IMG/VR virus record: IMGVR_UViG_3300017721_000436
Coordinates: 1-31,257 of that record
Reading direction: 5' to 3' (one strand)
Source of the DNA: a virus
Lineage: Duplodnaviria; Caudoviricetes
Length of the DNA stretch: 31,257 nt
Part shown: positions 8,615 to 16,974 of the stretch, in pieces
Layout of the letters: every line of letters starts with the position of its first letter
Numbering within the stretch: position 1 is the stretch's first letter
Notes under the pieces: model-generated
What the model was told of the DNA's origin: nothing
What the model saw: only the letters and a program-made list of their open reading frames with translations
The model's database searches: none
Program-made: the position numbers and the translations under genes

Positions 8615-10111
8615 ATGGCTTTAACCCCACAATTAGGTAGTTTAATACCGTCTTCAACTCAACAGTTGTTGCCAAGTAACTACCTACAATTTAACACGGC
8701 TGCTGCTGGTGCAAATGATTTTGCTCAACAGTATCTGCCTGAGATCTACGAACAAGAAGTAGAGCGTTACGGAAACCGTACACTTTCTGGATTCTTACGT
8801 ATGGTTGGTGCAGAAATGCCTATGACTTCTGATCAAGTAATTTGGTCTGAACAAAATAGACTACACATTAGTTATACTGGATTTGGTATTGGAGCAGATG
8901 CTGCAAATGCTAACCTTATAACATTGCCAAACACTGTAAGAAACGTTGTTTCTATTAATGATACAGTAGTGCTATTAAACCCTACAACTGGTGCTGAGCA
9001 AAAATGTATTGTAACAGCTTCTACTACTGTAGCTACTGGTGGTGCTCCTGCTAATGGTGGTACATTTACTGTAGCTCCTTTTGTTGGAACTGGTCTTGTT
9101 GCTGCTGGATTTGTAGCTGGTGCAATCGCTGTTGGCGCTCAAGCTGATCTTAAAGTGTTTGTATACGGTTCTGCTTATGTAAAAGGTAGTAACTTAGGTG
9201 GTGCTGCTGCTGGTACAGGTGTACAAGCTGCTAACACAAGAGTATCTGTAACTCCTCAGTTAACTCAGTTTTCTAACTCTCCAATTATCATAAGAGATCA
9301 ATACACTATTAGTGGATCCGATATGGCACAAATTGGTTGGGTAGAGGTTGCTACTGAAGATGGTACTTCTGGATATCTATGGTATTTAAAGGCTGAATCT
9401 GAAACACGCTTGCGTTTTGAAGATTACCTAGAAATGGCATTAGTAGAAGGTGAGTACAATCAAGGTGGTGCAGCTGGCGCTGTAGCTAGCTTGCCTGGTA
9501 CTGAAGGTTTATTTGCTGCTATTCAATCTCGTGGTAATGTAGAAGTAGGATTTACTGCTGCTAACGGACTAGACGAGTTTGATAATATTCTTAAAAACCT
9601 AGACACTCAAGGTGCTATTGAAGAAAACATGTTGTTTTTACAGCGTCAAACTTCATTAGACTTTGATGATATGCTATCTGCTATCTCTGCTGGAGGTTCA
9701 GGCGGTACTGCTTTTGGTCTTTTCGAAAACTCTGAAGAAATGGCATTGAACTTAGGATTCTCTGGATTCCGTAGAGGTTCTTACGATTTCTATAAGACTG
9801 ACTGGAAATATCTAAATGATGCGTCTACGCGTGGTGGTGTATCTGGAATTAGCTCAATAGAAGGTGTATTAGTTCCTGCTGGAACAAGTACAGTTTACGA
9901 TCAAATTCTAGGAACAAACATCCGTCGTCCGTTCTTACACGTACGATATAGAGCTTCTGAAAGCGATGATCGCCGTATGAAGTCTTGGTTGACTGGTTCA
10001 GCTGGTGGTGCTTTTACCTCAACTCTTGATGCAATGGAAGTAAACTTCCTATCTGAAAGATGTTTGGTAACTCAAGGTGCTAACAACTTTGTACTATTCA
10101 AAGGAATCTAA
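8615..10111 (+). CDS. Major capsid protein
   Basis: 498 aa with strong highly-expressed codon usage (GCT/GGT/CGT). Motifs FAQQYLPEIYEQEVERYGNR, WSEQNRLH, GTEGLFAAI, GFRRGSYDFYKTDWKYLND. Followed by a strong terminator. Confidence 0.88.
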   Translation: MALTPQLGSLIPSSTQQLLPSNYLQFNTAAAGANDFAQQYLPEIYEQEVERYGNRTLSGFLRMVGAEMPMTSDQVIWSEQNRLHISYTGFGIGADAANANLITLPNTVRNVVSINDTVVLLNPTTGAEQKCIVTASTTVATGGAPANGGTFTVAPFVGTGLVAAGFVAGAIAVGAQADLKVFVYGSAYVKGSNLGGAAAGTGVQAANTRVSVTPQLTQFSNSPIIIRDQYTISGSDMAQIGWVEVATEDGTSGYLWYLKAESETRLRFEDYLEMALVEGEYNQGGAAGAVASLPGTEGLFAAIQSRGNVEVGFTAANGLDEFDNILKNLDTQGAIEENMLFLQRQTSLDFDDMLSAISAGGSGGTAFGLFENSEEMALNLGFSGFRRGSYDFYKTDWKYLNDASTRGGVSGISSIEGVLVPAGTSTVYDQILGTNIRRPFLHVRYRASESDDRRMKSWLTGSAGGAFTSTLDAMEVNFLSERCLVTQGANNFVLFKGI

Positions 10112-10123
10112 TGATTCAATTTT

Positions 10124-10163
10124 AATAATAACCTCCGTCTTCGGGCGGGGGATATTATTTTTT
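10124..10163 (+). terminator. Rho-independent terminator after the capsid gene
   Basis: Stem CCTCCGTC-TTCG-GGCGGGGG with a cUUCGg tetraloop, extended by AATAATA/TATTATT and followed by a T run. Confidence 0.85.
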
Positions 10164-10185
10164 AACTATTTAATTTTATTATATC

Positions 10186-10991
10186 ATGGCTAAAGAAGCT
10201 AAACAAGCAGAAGAAACAATTGAGGTTGCACCTCAAAAAACAGTTAATGTTAAACCTGAATGGGAAATTAAAGATCGTGTTTATTTTTTAACAGGAAATA
10301 AATCTCCTTTAACACTTAAAATTCCAGGAAGACATACAAGAAAGCATGCATTACTATATTTTGATGAAGAAAGCGGTAAGCAAAGAGAAATTAGATATGC
10401 AACAAATCAAGATTCACCGCTTGTTGATGAACAAAAAGGTGAAGTAACTTTAGGTCACATAATGTTTAGAGACGGTACACTTACTGTTCCTAACATCAAC
10501 AAAACCTACAAAAACTACTTTCAATATATCACCCTTTGAAAGGTAAATTATATCAAGAATACAGCGCTGTTGAAGAAGCTACTGATGAACTTGACCAATT
10601 AGAACTACAAATTGATGCGTTAAACGCGGCTACATCTATGGATATAGATCAAATAGAAGCTATTATGCGTGTAGAAATAGGATCTAAGGTATCTAAGATG
10701 AGTTCTAAGGAGCTTAAACGCGACTTGTTGTTGTTTGCTAAAAAGAATCCTTCTTTATTTGTAGAACTTGCTAATGATGAAAACGTGCAGTTACGTAACG
10801 TAGCAATTGTAGCAACTGAAAATGGTGTAATTGTACTTTCACCAGATCAAAGAAGTTTTACTTGGGGTAGTAATGGAAGAAAACTAATGAACGTACCGTT
10901 TGATGAAAATCCATACTCAGCAATGGCTGCGTGGTTTAAAACCGACGAAGGCGTAGAAGTTTATAAATCAATAGAGAAAAAACTTCTCTAA
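10186..10991 (+). pseudogene. Conserved post-capsid structural gene interrupted by a 1-nt frameshift (ORFs 10186..10539 and 10536..10991 appear to be one gene)
   Basis: At CCT AA CAT (10489-10496) a -1 shift gives ...LTVP(K)HQQNLQKLLSIYHPLKGKLYQEY..., running continuously into the second ORF, whose called start is only a TTG. Could be a sequencing error rather than a true pseudogene. Confidence 0.7.
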
Positions 10992-10992
10992 C

Positions 10993-11005
10993 GTGTAATA
11001 ATATA
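10993..11005 (+). promoter_or_regulatory. Candidate phage late-promoter motif (copy 2)
   Basis: GTGTAATAATA directly before the hairpin, upstream of the tail genes. Confidence 0.4.
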
Positions 11006-11046
11006 TCAGGGCGTGTAATGCGCCCTGTATATAAATAAAAAAATAA
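11002..11046. terminator. Intergenic hairpin; terminator-like mainly on the minus strand
   Basis: CAGGGCGT-GTAAT-GCGCCCTG (11007-11027), flanked by TATAT and followed by an A-rich tract (a U tract on the - strand). Confidence 0.6.
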
Positions 11047-11799
11047 ATGGCAATAAACGTAAATACTGTTTACACAACGGTGTTGTCTATTCTTAACAAA
11101 GAGCAAAGAGGCTATATAACACCAGAAGAGTTCAACAAGTTAGGCACACAGGTACAGTTAGAAATTTTTGAAAACTATTTTGAAGATCTTAACCAGCAGT
11201 TACGCGTGCCACAAACTGATAGCGAATACGCTAACAGACAAAAAAATATTGATAACTGTATATCTATATTTAAAACTATAGGTAATACTACCTATAACGG
11301 AGCTGGTGGTTATTTTTTACCACCGTCTGATCTACACAGAATAGGTACAGTTATATATAAAGATGAAAAAGAATTACAACGCGTAGAGCGCAATGACTTC
11401 TTAAATATTAATCTTTCTCCACTTACAAAACCTACAACACAATTCCCCGTTTATTTATACGAGCAAACAGTTCAAGGAACTGGCGGTCAAGATACAGGTG
11501 AAACGCATATATTTGTAAAGCCACCAACAATTACATCGGCATCAGATATAACAGTTAGTTATATACGTAAGCCTAGCAATGTTGCCTGGGGTTATCAACA
11601 ATTAGGCGGTGGTACTTGGACATCTGGGCCATATATATACAACGAAGCAACTTCTACTCAATTTGAGTTAGACAACACGGAGCAAACAGAAGTTATACTT
11701 CGTATACTTGCTTACGCTGGTGTTGTAATTAGAGATCCACAAATAGTTCAAGCGGCTTCTCAAGCAGTTCAATCAGAAGAAGTAAACTCAAAAAGTTAA
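11047..11799 (+). CDS. Virion structural protein (head-tail ring/adaptor-like)
   Basis: 250 aa; VLSILNKEQRGYITPEEFN and SYIRKP motifs; located in the capsid-tail block. Confidence 0.65.
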   Translation: MAINVNTVYTTVLSILNKEQRGYITPEEFNKLGTQVQLEIFENYFEDLNQQLRVPQTDSEYANRQKNIDNCISIFKTIGNTTYNGAGGYFLPPSDLHRIGTVIYKDEKELQRVERNDFLNINLSPLTKPTTQFPVYLYEQTVQGTGGQDTGETHIFVKPPTITSASDITVSYIRKPSNVAWGYQQLGGGTWTSGPYIYNEATSTQFELDNTEQTEVILRILAYAGVVIRDPQIVQAASQAVQSEEVNSKS

Positions 11800-11802
11800 G
11801 AC

Positions 11803-13023
11803 ATGGCGATGATGCAAGAAAACAATAGACAATATTACGAAGGAGCTCAAAGCTTTGTCAGCGACGCGGGTGGTACTGCTGGTCAGGTGTTTACAACTAC
11901 ATTTAATACAGATCTAATATTTAACGCAGCGTCTTCTGCAACACCTAGTTATGCTTTAAACAATTTTAAGTTATATACAAGCCCTACAGGAGCTGCAGGT
12001 ACATACACTGAGTACACTAGCCCATATACAGTTTCTAGCAACGCTATCACAATAACAGGTGCTCTTGCTGCTAACACAGTTGTAGTTGTGCAGTTAAAAA
12101 AATTAGATGGTGGCAACTATGGTAACACTGTAGGTGAAAAAGCTTTTGGAAATGTAGTAGAAAAAAACTATGGTTCTTACGCTTACGCTAAATTAGGTGA
12201 TCTTGTTAATAACTTTTTAGTAGCTTACGTAGGTCCTGGCAAACTTGTACCTAGCGTAAAGCGTACAGATGTAATTTTTCACGTTAAAAGAGCTATACAA
12301 GAATTTAGCTATGACACTCTTAAAAGTGTTAACGCTCAAGAGCTTACAGTACCTAAAAACCTAAGTGTTTTAATACCACAAGATTACGTTAATTATGTAG
12401 AGCTTTCTTGGTCAGATAACCAAGGTGTTAAGCACATTATACAACCTACTAGACTTACCAGCAATCCATCTGAAATGCCTTTGCAAGATAATCAAGGTGT
12501 ACCTATGCAAGATGCTTTTGATGAAAATGTAGAAGTAACTTCTATTATAGAAAAAAGATGGAAAAACAACAAACTTTCAGAGCTCGATCAAATAGAGCAA
12601 AACAGCTTGATATCTTATGATTATTATTATGCTAATGGAGGTAACATGTATGGTTATGGTCAGTTGTATGGATTAGAACCAGAACTTGCTAATGTCAATG
12701 GATCGTTTACTATAAACGAAAGAGAAGGTAAATTTTCTTTTTCATCAAACTTAGTAGATAAAATTATTTTATTAGAATATATATCTGATGGTTTATCTAA
12801 TGACTTAGATACTAAAGTTCCTAAAATGGCTGAACAAGCTGTGTATGCTTATGTTATGCACGCTGTATTAGCTAGTCGCGTAAATCAACCAGAGTATATA
12901 ATACAGAGGCTTAAAAAAGAAGCTAGCGCAAAACTACGTAATGCAAAGATTAGATTATCAAATATTAAATCTAATGAAATAGTGCAAGTAATGCGTGGTA
13001 AATCTAAATGGATAAAACACTAG
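11803..13023 (+). CDS. Tail tubular/ring protein-like structural protein
   Basis: 406 aa; KRAIQEFSYD, IPQDYVNYV and LEYISDGL motifs, with an N-terminal Thr/Ala-rich beta insert; precedes the stabilisation gene. Confidence 0.6.
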   Translation: MAMMQENNRQYYEGAQSFVSDAGGTAGQVFTTTFNTDLIFNAASSATPSYALNNFKLYTSPTGAAGTYTEYTSPYTVSSNAITITGALAANTVVVVQLKKLDGGNYGNTVGEKAFGNVVEKNYGSYAYAKLGDLVNNFLVAYVGPGKLVPSVKRTDVIFHVKRAIQEFSYDTLKSVNAQELTVPKNLSVLIPQDYVNYVELSWSDNQGVKHIIQPTRLTSNPSEMPLQDNQGVPMQDAFDENVEVTSIIEKRWKNNKLSELDQIEQNSLISYDYYYANGGNMYGYGQLYGLEPELANVNGSFTINEREGKFSFSSNLVDKIILLEYISDGLSNDLDTKVPKMAEQAVYAYVMHAVLASRVNQPEYIIQRLKKEASAKLRNAKIRLSNIKSNEIVQVMRGKSKWIKH

Positions 13024-13029
13024 AATTAA

Positions 13030-16000
13030 ATGCCAGATATTCAAAATAACTTTGTACAGTCTAAAATGAATCAAGATCTTGACGATCGATTGATTCCACC
13101 AGGCGAGTACAGATCAGCACAAAACGTGGCTATTAGTAGATCACAGGGTGAAGATGTTGGGGCGTTAGAAAATATAGAAGGTAATAATCTTATACAAAAT
13201 TCTGATCTAGCATCAATACCTCATTTAGATGTTATAGGTTATTTTGTAGATCTTTCACAAAATAATATATATTTATTTTTAACAGATTATATAGATACTT
13301 CTAATAACGGTATTAATAATTTTGCGCCTAGCGGAGCTAATTGTTTTATATATAGATTTAATAACAAAGGTAACGGTACTTTTACAAAGTTAGTTGAAGG
13401 TAGTTTTTTAAATTTTTCTAAAAATAGTCCTATATATGGGATTAGTATGATAGAAAATTTGTTATTTTTTACTGATTATAGAAATCAACCTAGAAAAATA
13501 AATGTAACTACAGCCGCTGGTGATAACACATATTATCAAAACGAAGATCAAATATCTGTAGCTAAGTTTGCACCGGTAAATCCTGTTAGGTTTGTAGATA
13601 TGGCTTACAATAATAAGCTTAAATCTACTATATCAAATCCTTCGCAAGAATTTTTACCTGTAAATTTATCTTCTGAAGTAACCAGTAATGGGTCTGTAAC
13701 TAACGTACAATTTACAGCTATAAATGGAACTACTTTTATACCTCAAGTAGGATCTAAAATAGTTAGTCGAAGTAATGCTGATTTAAATGGTAAGATTGTA
13801 TTAGCTTCACCAGCCCCAACAAGCACGCAGGTGTCTGTTACCAACGCGGTAACAGTTAGTAATACAGATGATATTAGTTTTCAACAACCAAATCCTGATT
13901 ATAGTGAAACGTGGGCTGGTGATCCAGATTATGTAAAAGATAGATTTATACGTTTTAGTTATAGGTTTAAATTTGATGATGGTGAATATTCTATAATGGC
14001 ACCTTTTAGTCAATCTTGTTTTGTTCCTAAACAATCTGGTTATTTTATTTTAAACGATGATGACCAAACTTATAGAAGCACAGTGGTTTCATTCATGGAA
14101 AATAACGCTACTCAAGTAGATTTAAACATTGAAATGCCTTATGCTGATATTGAAACTAATTTAAAAGTTACAGAGGTAGAGATATTATACAAAGAATCAG
14201 ACCAAGTGGCTATTAAATCTGTAGAAAGTATACCTATAACAGCTGTTAATACTAACATGGAAGCTAACGCAAATAGTAGTGTATTTACATATAAGTATTT
14301 ATCTACAAAACCATACAAAGTATTACCTGAAGATCAAACAACTAGGGTGTATGACAAGGTTCCTGTTAGAGCTTTTTCTCAAGAAACAAGTAGCAATAGA
14401 ATAATATATGGTAATTACATTGACAAACATAGTTCTCCTGATTCTTTAACTTACGGTTTAGGTTTTGCAAATAAAACTGAAGTAAATACAGGATCTCCAG
14501 ATTCAAATACTATTTATAGTCAAATAGAATATCCTAACCATACACTTAAACAGAATAGAAACTATCAATTAGGTGTTGTATTAGCAGACAGGTATGGAAG
14601 ATCTTCTACTACTATATTGTCTTCTAAAGATGTTTCTGATACTGAATCTTCAACTCAATACGGTAATTCTACTATATACGTGCCTTATATTTCTTGGGGA
14701 GCGCCAAGTTCTTCTACTTCAAGTAATCAAATGTATAAATGGCCTGGGTATAGTTTATCTGTTTTGTTTGACAATAAAGATGGTTTTACATCTGCAATAC
14801 CAACTATTCCTAGTGATGGTTATCCTGGTACTTACGTACCTATTGGAGCTGTTGGTTCTATAGCTATTAACGCTGGCGGTACGGGGTATTCAGACGCTGC
14901 AAACGTAGCCACAACTGGTGGAAGCGGTACTGGTTTAACCGTAGATATTACAACAACAAATGGAGAAATAACTAGCATTTCAATAGCAAAAATGGGTGAA
15001 GGCTACACCGACGGAAATACAATAACTGTAACAGGAGGTAATAACGATGCTACAGTTATAATAACATTAGCAGAACCAAATTTACTTGGTTGGTATTCTT
15101 ACAAATTTGTAGTAAGACAAACAGAGCAAGATTATTATAATGTATATGTGCCTGGTATTTTAAATGGTTATCCTATTCACGGAGGAACATCTCCTTATCC
15201 TACTAATGAAGATGGTGAAACTTCTCATATAGTTTTGATTAATGATAATATAAATAAAGTTCCTAGAGATTTATCTGAAGTAGGGCCTGAACAAAAACAA
15301 TTTAGAAGCAGCGTAAGACTTTTTGGAAGAGTTGAAAACACACAGCCAGTTTCTAGCATAACAAGTTCAGTGCAATACAACATAAACACCACGGCAAGTC
15401 TAACTTCACAAACAATTAGAGAATCTTCTAAAGCGTTTATAGTTTCTACTATAGGTAATGCTGTAGATTTAAATATGGGTTATGCTGAGTTATCTTCAAA
15501 TGGTGTAAAAAACTTTTATCAATTAGATACAAATCCTTTAATTGGTAGAATTTCTACAGATAAAGCAATTGGTGCTTTAAGCACTAATAGCAACGCAACT
15601 ACTATGCTACCTCAACTTGCTGTTTTAGAAACAGAAGCAGTTGAATCAGCTTTAGATATATATTGGGAGACTACAACAGCTGGGCTTGTTGAAGACCTTA
15701 ATTTAGAAGTTAAACAAGCTAGTTCTAGCACAGCGCCTGTAGTGCTATCTTCTACGGTAGCGTCTCAAAACGAAGATTTTCCAATAAACGCAGATGTATT
15801 TGGAAGTGCATCAACTCCTATAAACGTTAAAGATTCATCTGGTACAACAGTTCTTGGTCAAAGTTTTGATATTATATCATCAACAAGAGGTAACGGTAAT
15901 ACTTTGTTAGCAAAAGATGTAAATAATAATAATGTTGCGCCGTTTATTATTATTAACGCGGCTGGGGGTGGATTTTATATACAAACAAATGGATTTTTTA

Positions 16001-16944
16001 ATGTATCTACAGTTGCTGTTGAAAACAATTTTAATATAACTATAAGAGTTACAGATAATACAAATTTAACTTTTGTTGATTTTGTTGTTAGCTGGACTTT
16101 AGGTAACACAATACCTGACTTTGGCACAACACCTGGGCCTTACATTATACAAGGCGCTGGTCCTATAGCTAATTCAGATTATAGCGCTAATGCTGTTAAT
16201 GGTGTAAATTCTTCAGCTTCTTTAACTCAAAGACAACAAGATTTAAGTTTTTCTATAGCAGCTAATACTGTTACTAAAGGTGGGGTAACAGATCCAGCTT
16301 TAAACAACTATGGTTTTAGCATAGCTTCGAGCGGAACTTCTTTATCGCAAAGCAATGCAACGTTGACAACTGCTGATAATGGTGATTATATAATACCTAT
16401 AATAGTAACAGACGCTGGAAGCTTAACAGCTACAACCAATGCAACAGTTACTGTTTCTGTAGGAGTACAAGCTAGTATTGATTTACAAATAAATAACAAT
16501 AGCACTACGTATAGTGGTAATATTGACATGCAGGCAGAATTTATATATAGCGTCAGCGGAACGCAACAAGCAACTCAAACGCTTCAAGCGTCAAGTACTT
16601 CTTCAAATCCTTTTGGTATAGCTATTGGCTTCCTCAATTTACAACCACAACCTACTGGTAGCATAAATGAAACTATAACAATAAATGTTAGAAGACAAAC
16701 AAATGGAGCTCCTACTCAAGTACCTAATCCTGATACTTTAACTATAAGTGTTTTTGCTAATGGCGTGTCAACAACAACACCTTTACTTAAAAATATAATT
16801 CAATCGCCACTGACTATTACAGACGTAGGTACTATTACATTACCTCATTTAGCTCCAAGCACTGGGACTAGTAATATATTAAAAGGAACAGACATAACAA
16901 CTAACAATACTTTAGGTTTTTCAGTTGTAATCGATCTTGCATAA
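13030..16944 (+). CDS. Tail stabilisation/nozzle-like protein, N-terminal part, with inserted and C-terminal Ig/cadherin-like domains
   Basis: Starts NNFVQSKMNQDLDDRLIPPGEYRSAQNV; contains LLFFTDYRNQPRKIN, RFSYRFKFDDGEYS, NRIIYGNY and LDIYWET. C-terminal ~400 aa are Thr/Ser/Asn-rich beta sandwiches (ITIRVTD, IPIIVTDAG). Confidence 0.7.
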   Translation: MPDIQNNFVQSKMNQDLDDRLIPPGEYRSAQNVAISRSQGEDVGALENIEGNNLIQNSDLASIPHLDVIGYFVDLSQNNIYLFLTDYIDTSNNGINNFAPSGANCFIYRFNNKGNGTFTKLVEGSFLNFSKNSPIYGISMIENLLFFTDYRNQPRKINVTTAAGDNTYYQNEDQISVAKFAPVNPVRFVDMAYNNKLKSTISNPSQEFLPVNLSSEVTSNGSVTNVQFTAINGTTFIPQVGSKIVSRSNADLNGKIVLASPAPTSTQVSVTNAVTVSNTDDISFQQPNPDYSETWAGDPDYVKDRFIRFSYRFKFDDGEYSIMAPFSQSCFVPKQSGYFILNDDDQTYRSTVVSFMENNATQVDLNIEMPYADIETNLKVTEVEILYKESDQVAIKSVESIPITAVNTNMEANANSSVFTYKYLSTKPYKVLPEDQTTRVYDKVPVRAFSQETSSNRIIYGNYIDKHSSPDSLTYGLGFANKTEVNTGSPDSNTIYSQIEYPNHTLKQNRNYQLGVVLADRYGRSSTTILSSKDVSDTESSTQYGNSTIYVPYISWGAPSSSTSSNQMYKWPGYSLSVLFDNKDGFTSAIPTIPSDGYPGTYVPIGAVGSIAINAGGTGYSDAANVATTGGSGTGLTVDITTTNGEITSISIAKMGEGYTDGNTITVTGGNNDATVIITLAEPNLLGWYSYKFVVRQTEQDYYNVYVPGILNGYPIHGGTSPYPTNEDGETSHIVLINDNINKVPRDLSEVGPEQKQFRSSVRLFGRVENTQPVSSITSSVQYNINTTASLTSQTIRESSKAFIVSTIGNAVDLNMGYAELSSNGVKNFYQLDTNPLIGRISTDKAIGALSTNSNATTMLPQLAVLETEAVESALDIYWETTTAGLVEDLNLEVKQASSSTAPVVLSSTVASQNEDFPINADVFGSASTPINVKDSSGTTVLGQSFDIISSTRGNGNTLLAKDVNNNNVAPFIIINAAGGGFYIQTNGFFNVSTVAVENNFNITIRVTDNTNLTFVDFVVSWTLGNTIPDFGTTPGPYIIQGAGPIANSDYSANAVNGVNSSASLTQRQQDLSFSIAANTVTKGGVTDPALNNYGFSIASSGTSLSQSNATLTTADNGDYIIPIIVTDAGSLTATTNATVTVSVGVQASIDLQINNNSTTYSGNIDMQAEFIYSVSGTQQATQTLQASSTSSNPFGIAIGFLNLQPQPTGSINETITINVRRQTNGAPTQVPNPDTLTISVFANGVSTTTPLLKNIIQSPLTITDVGTITLPHLAPSTGTSNILKGTDITTNNTLGFSVVIDLA

Positions 16945-16958
16945 AAATAATTAAAAAT

Positions 16959-16974
16959 AAGTGATAATAATATA
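16959..16974 (+). promoter_or_regulatory. Candidate phage late-promoter motif (copy 3)
   Basis: AAGTGATAATAATATA in the 30-nt gap before 16975. Confidence 0.35.
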
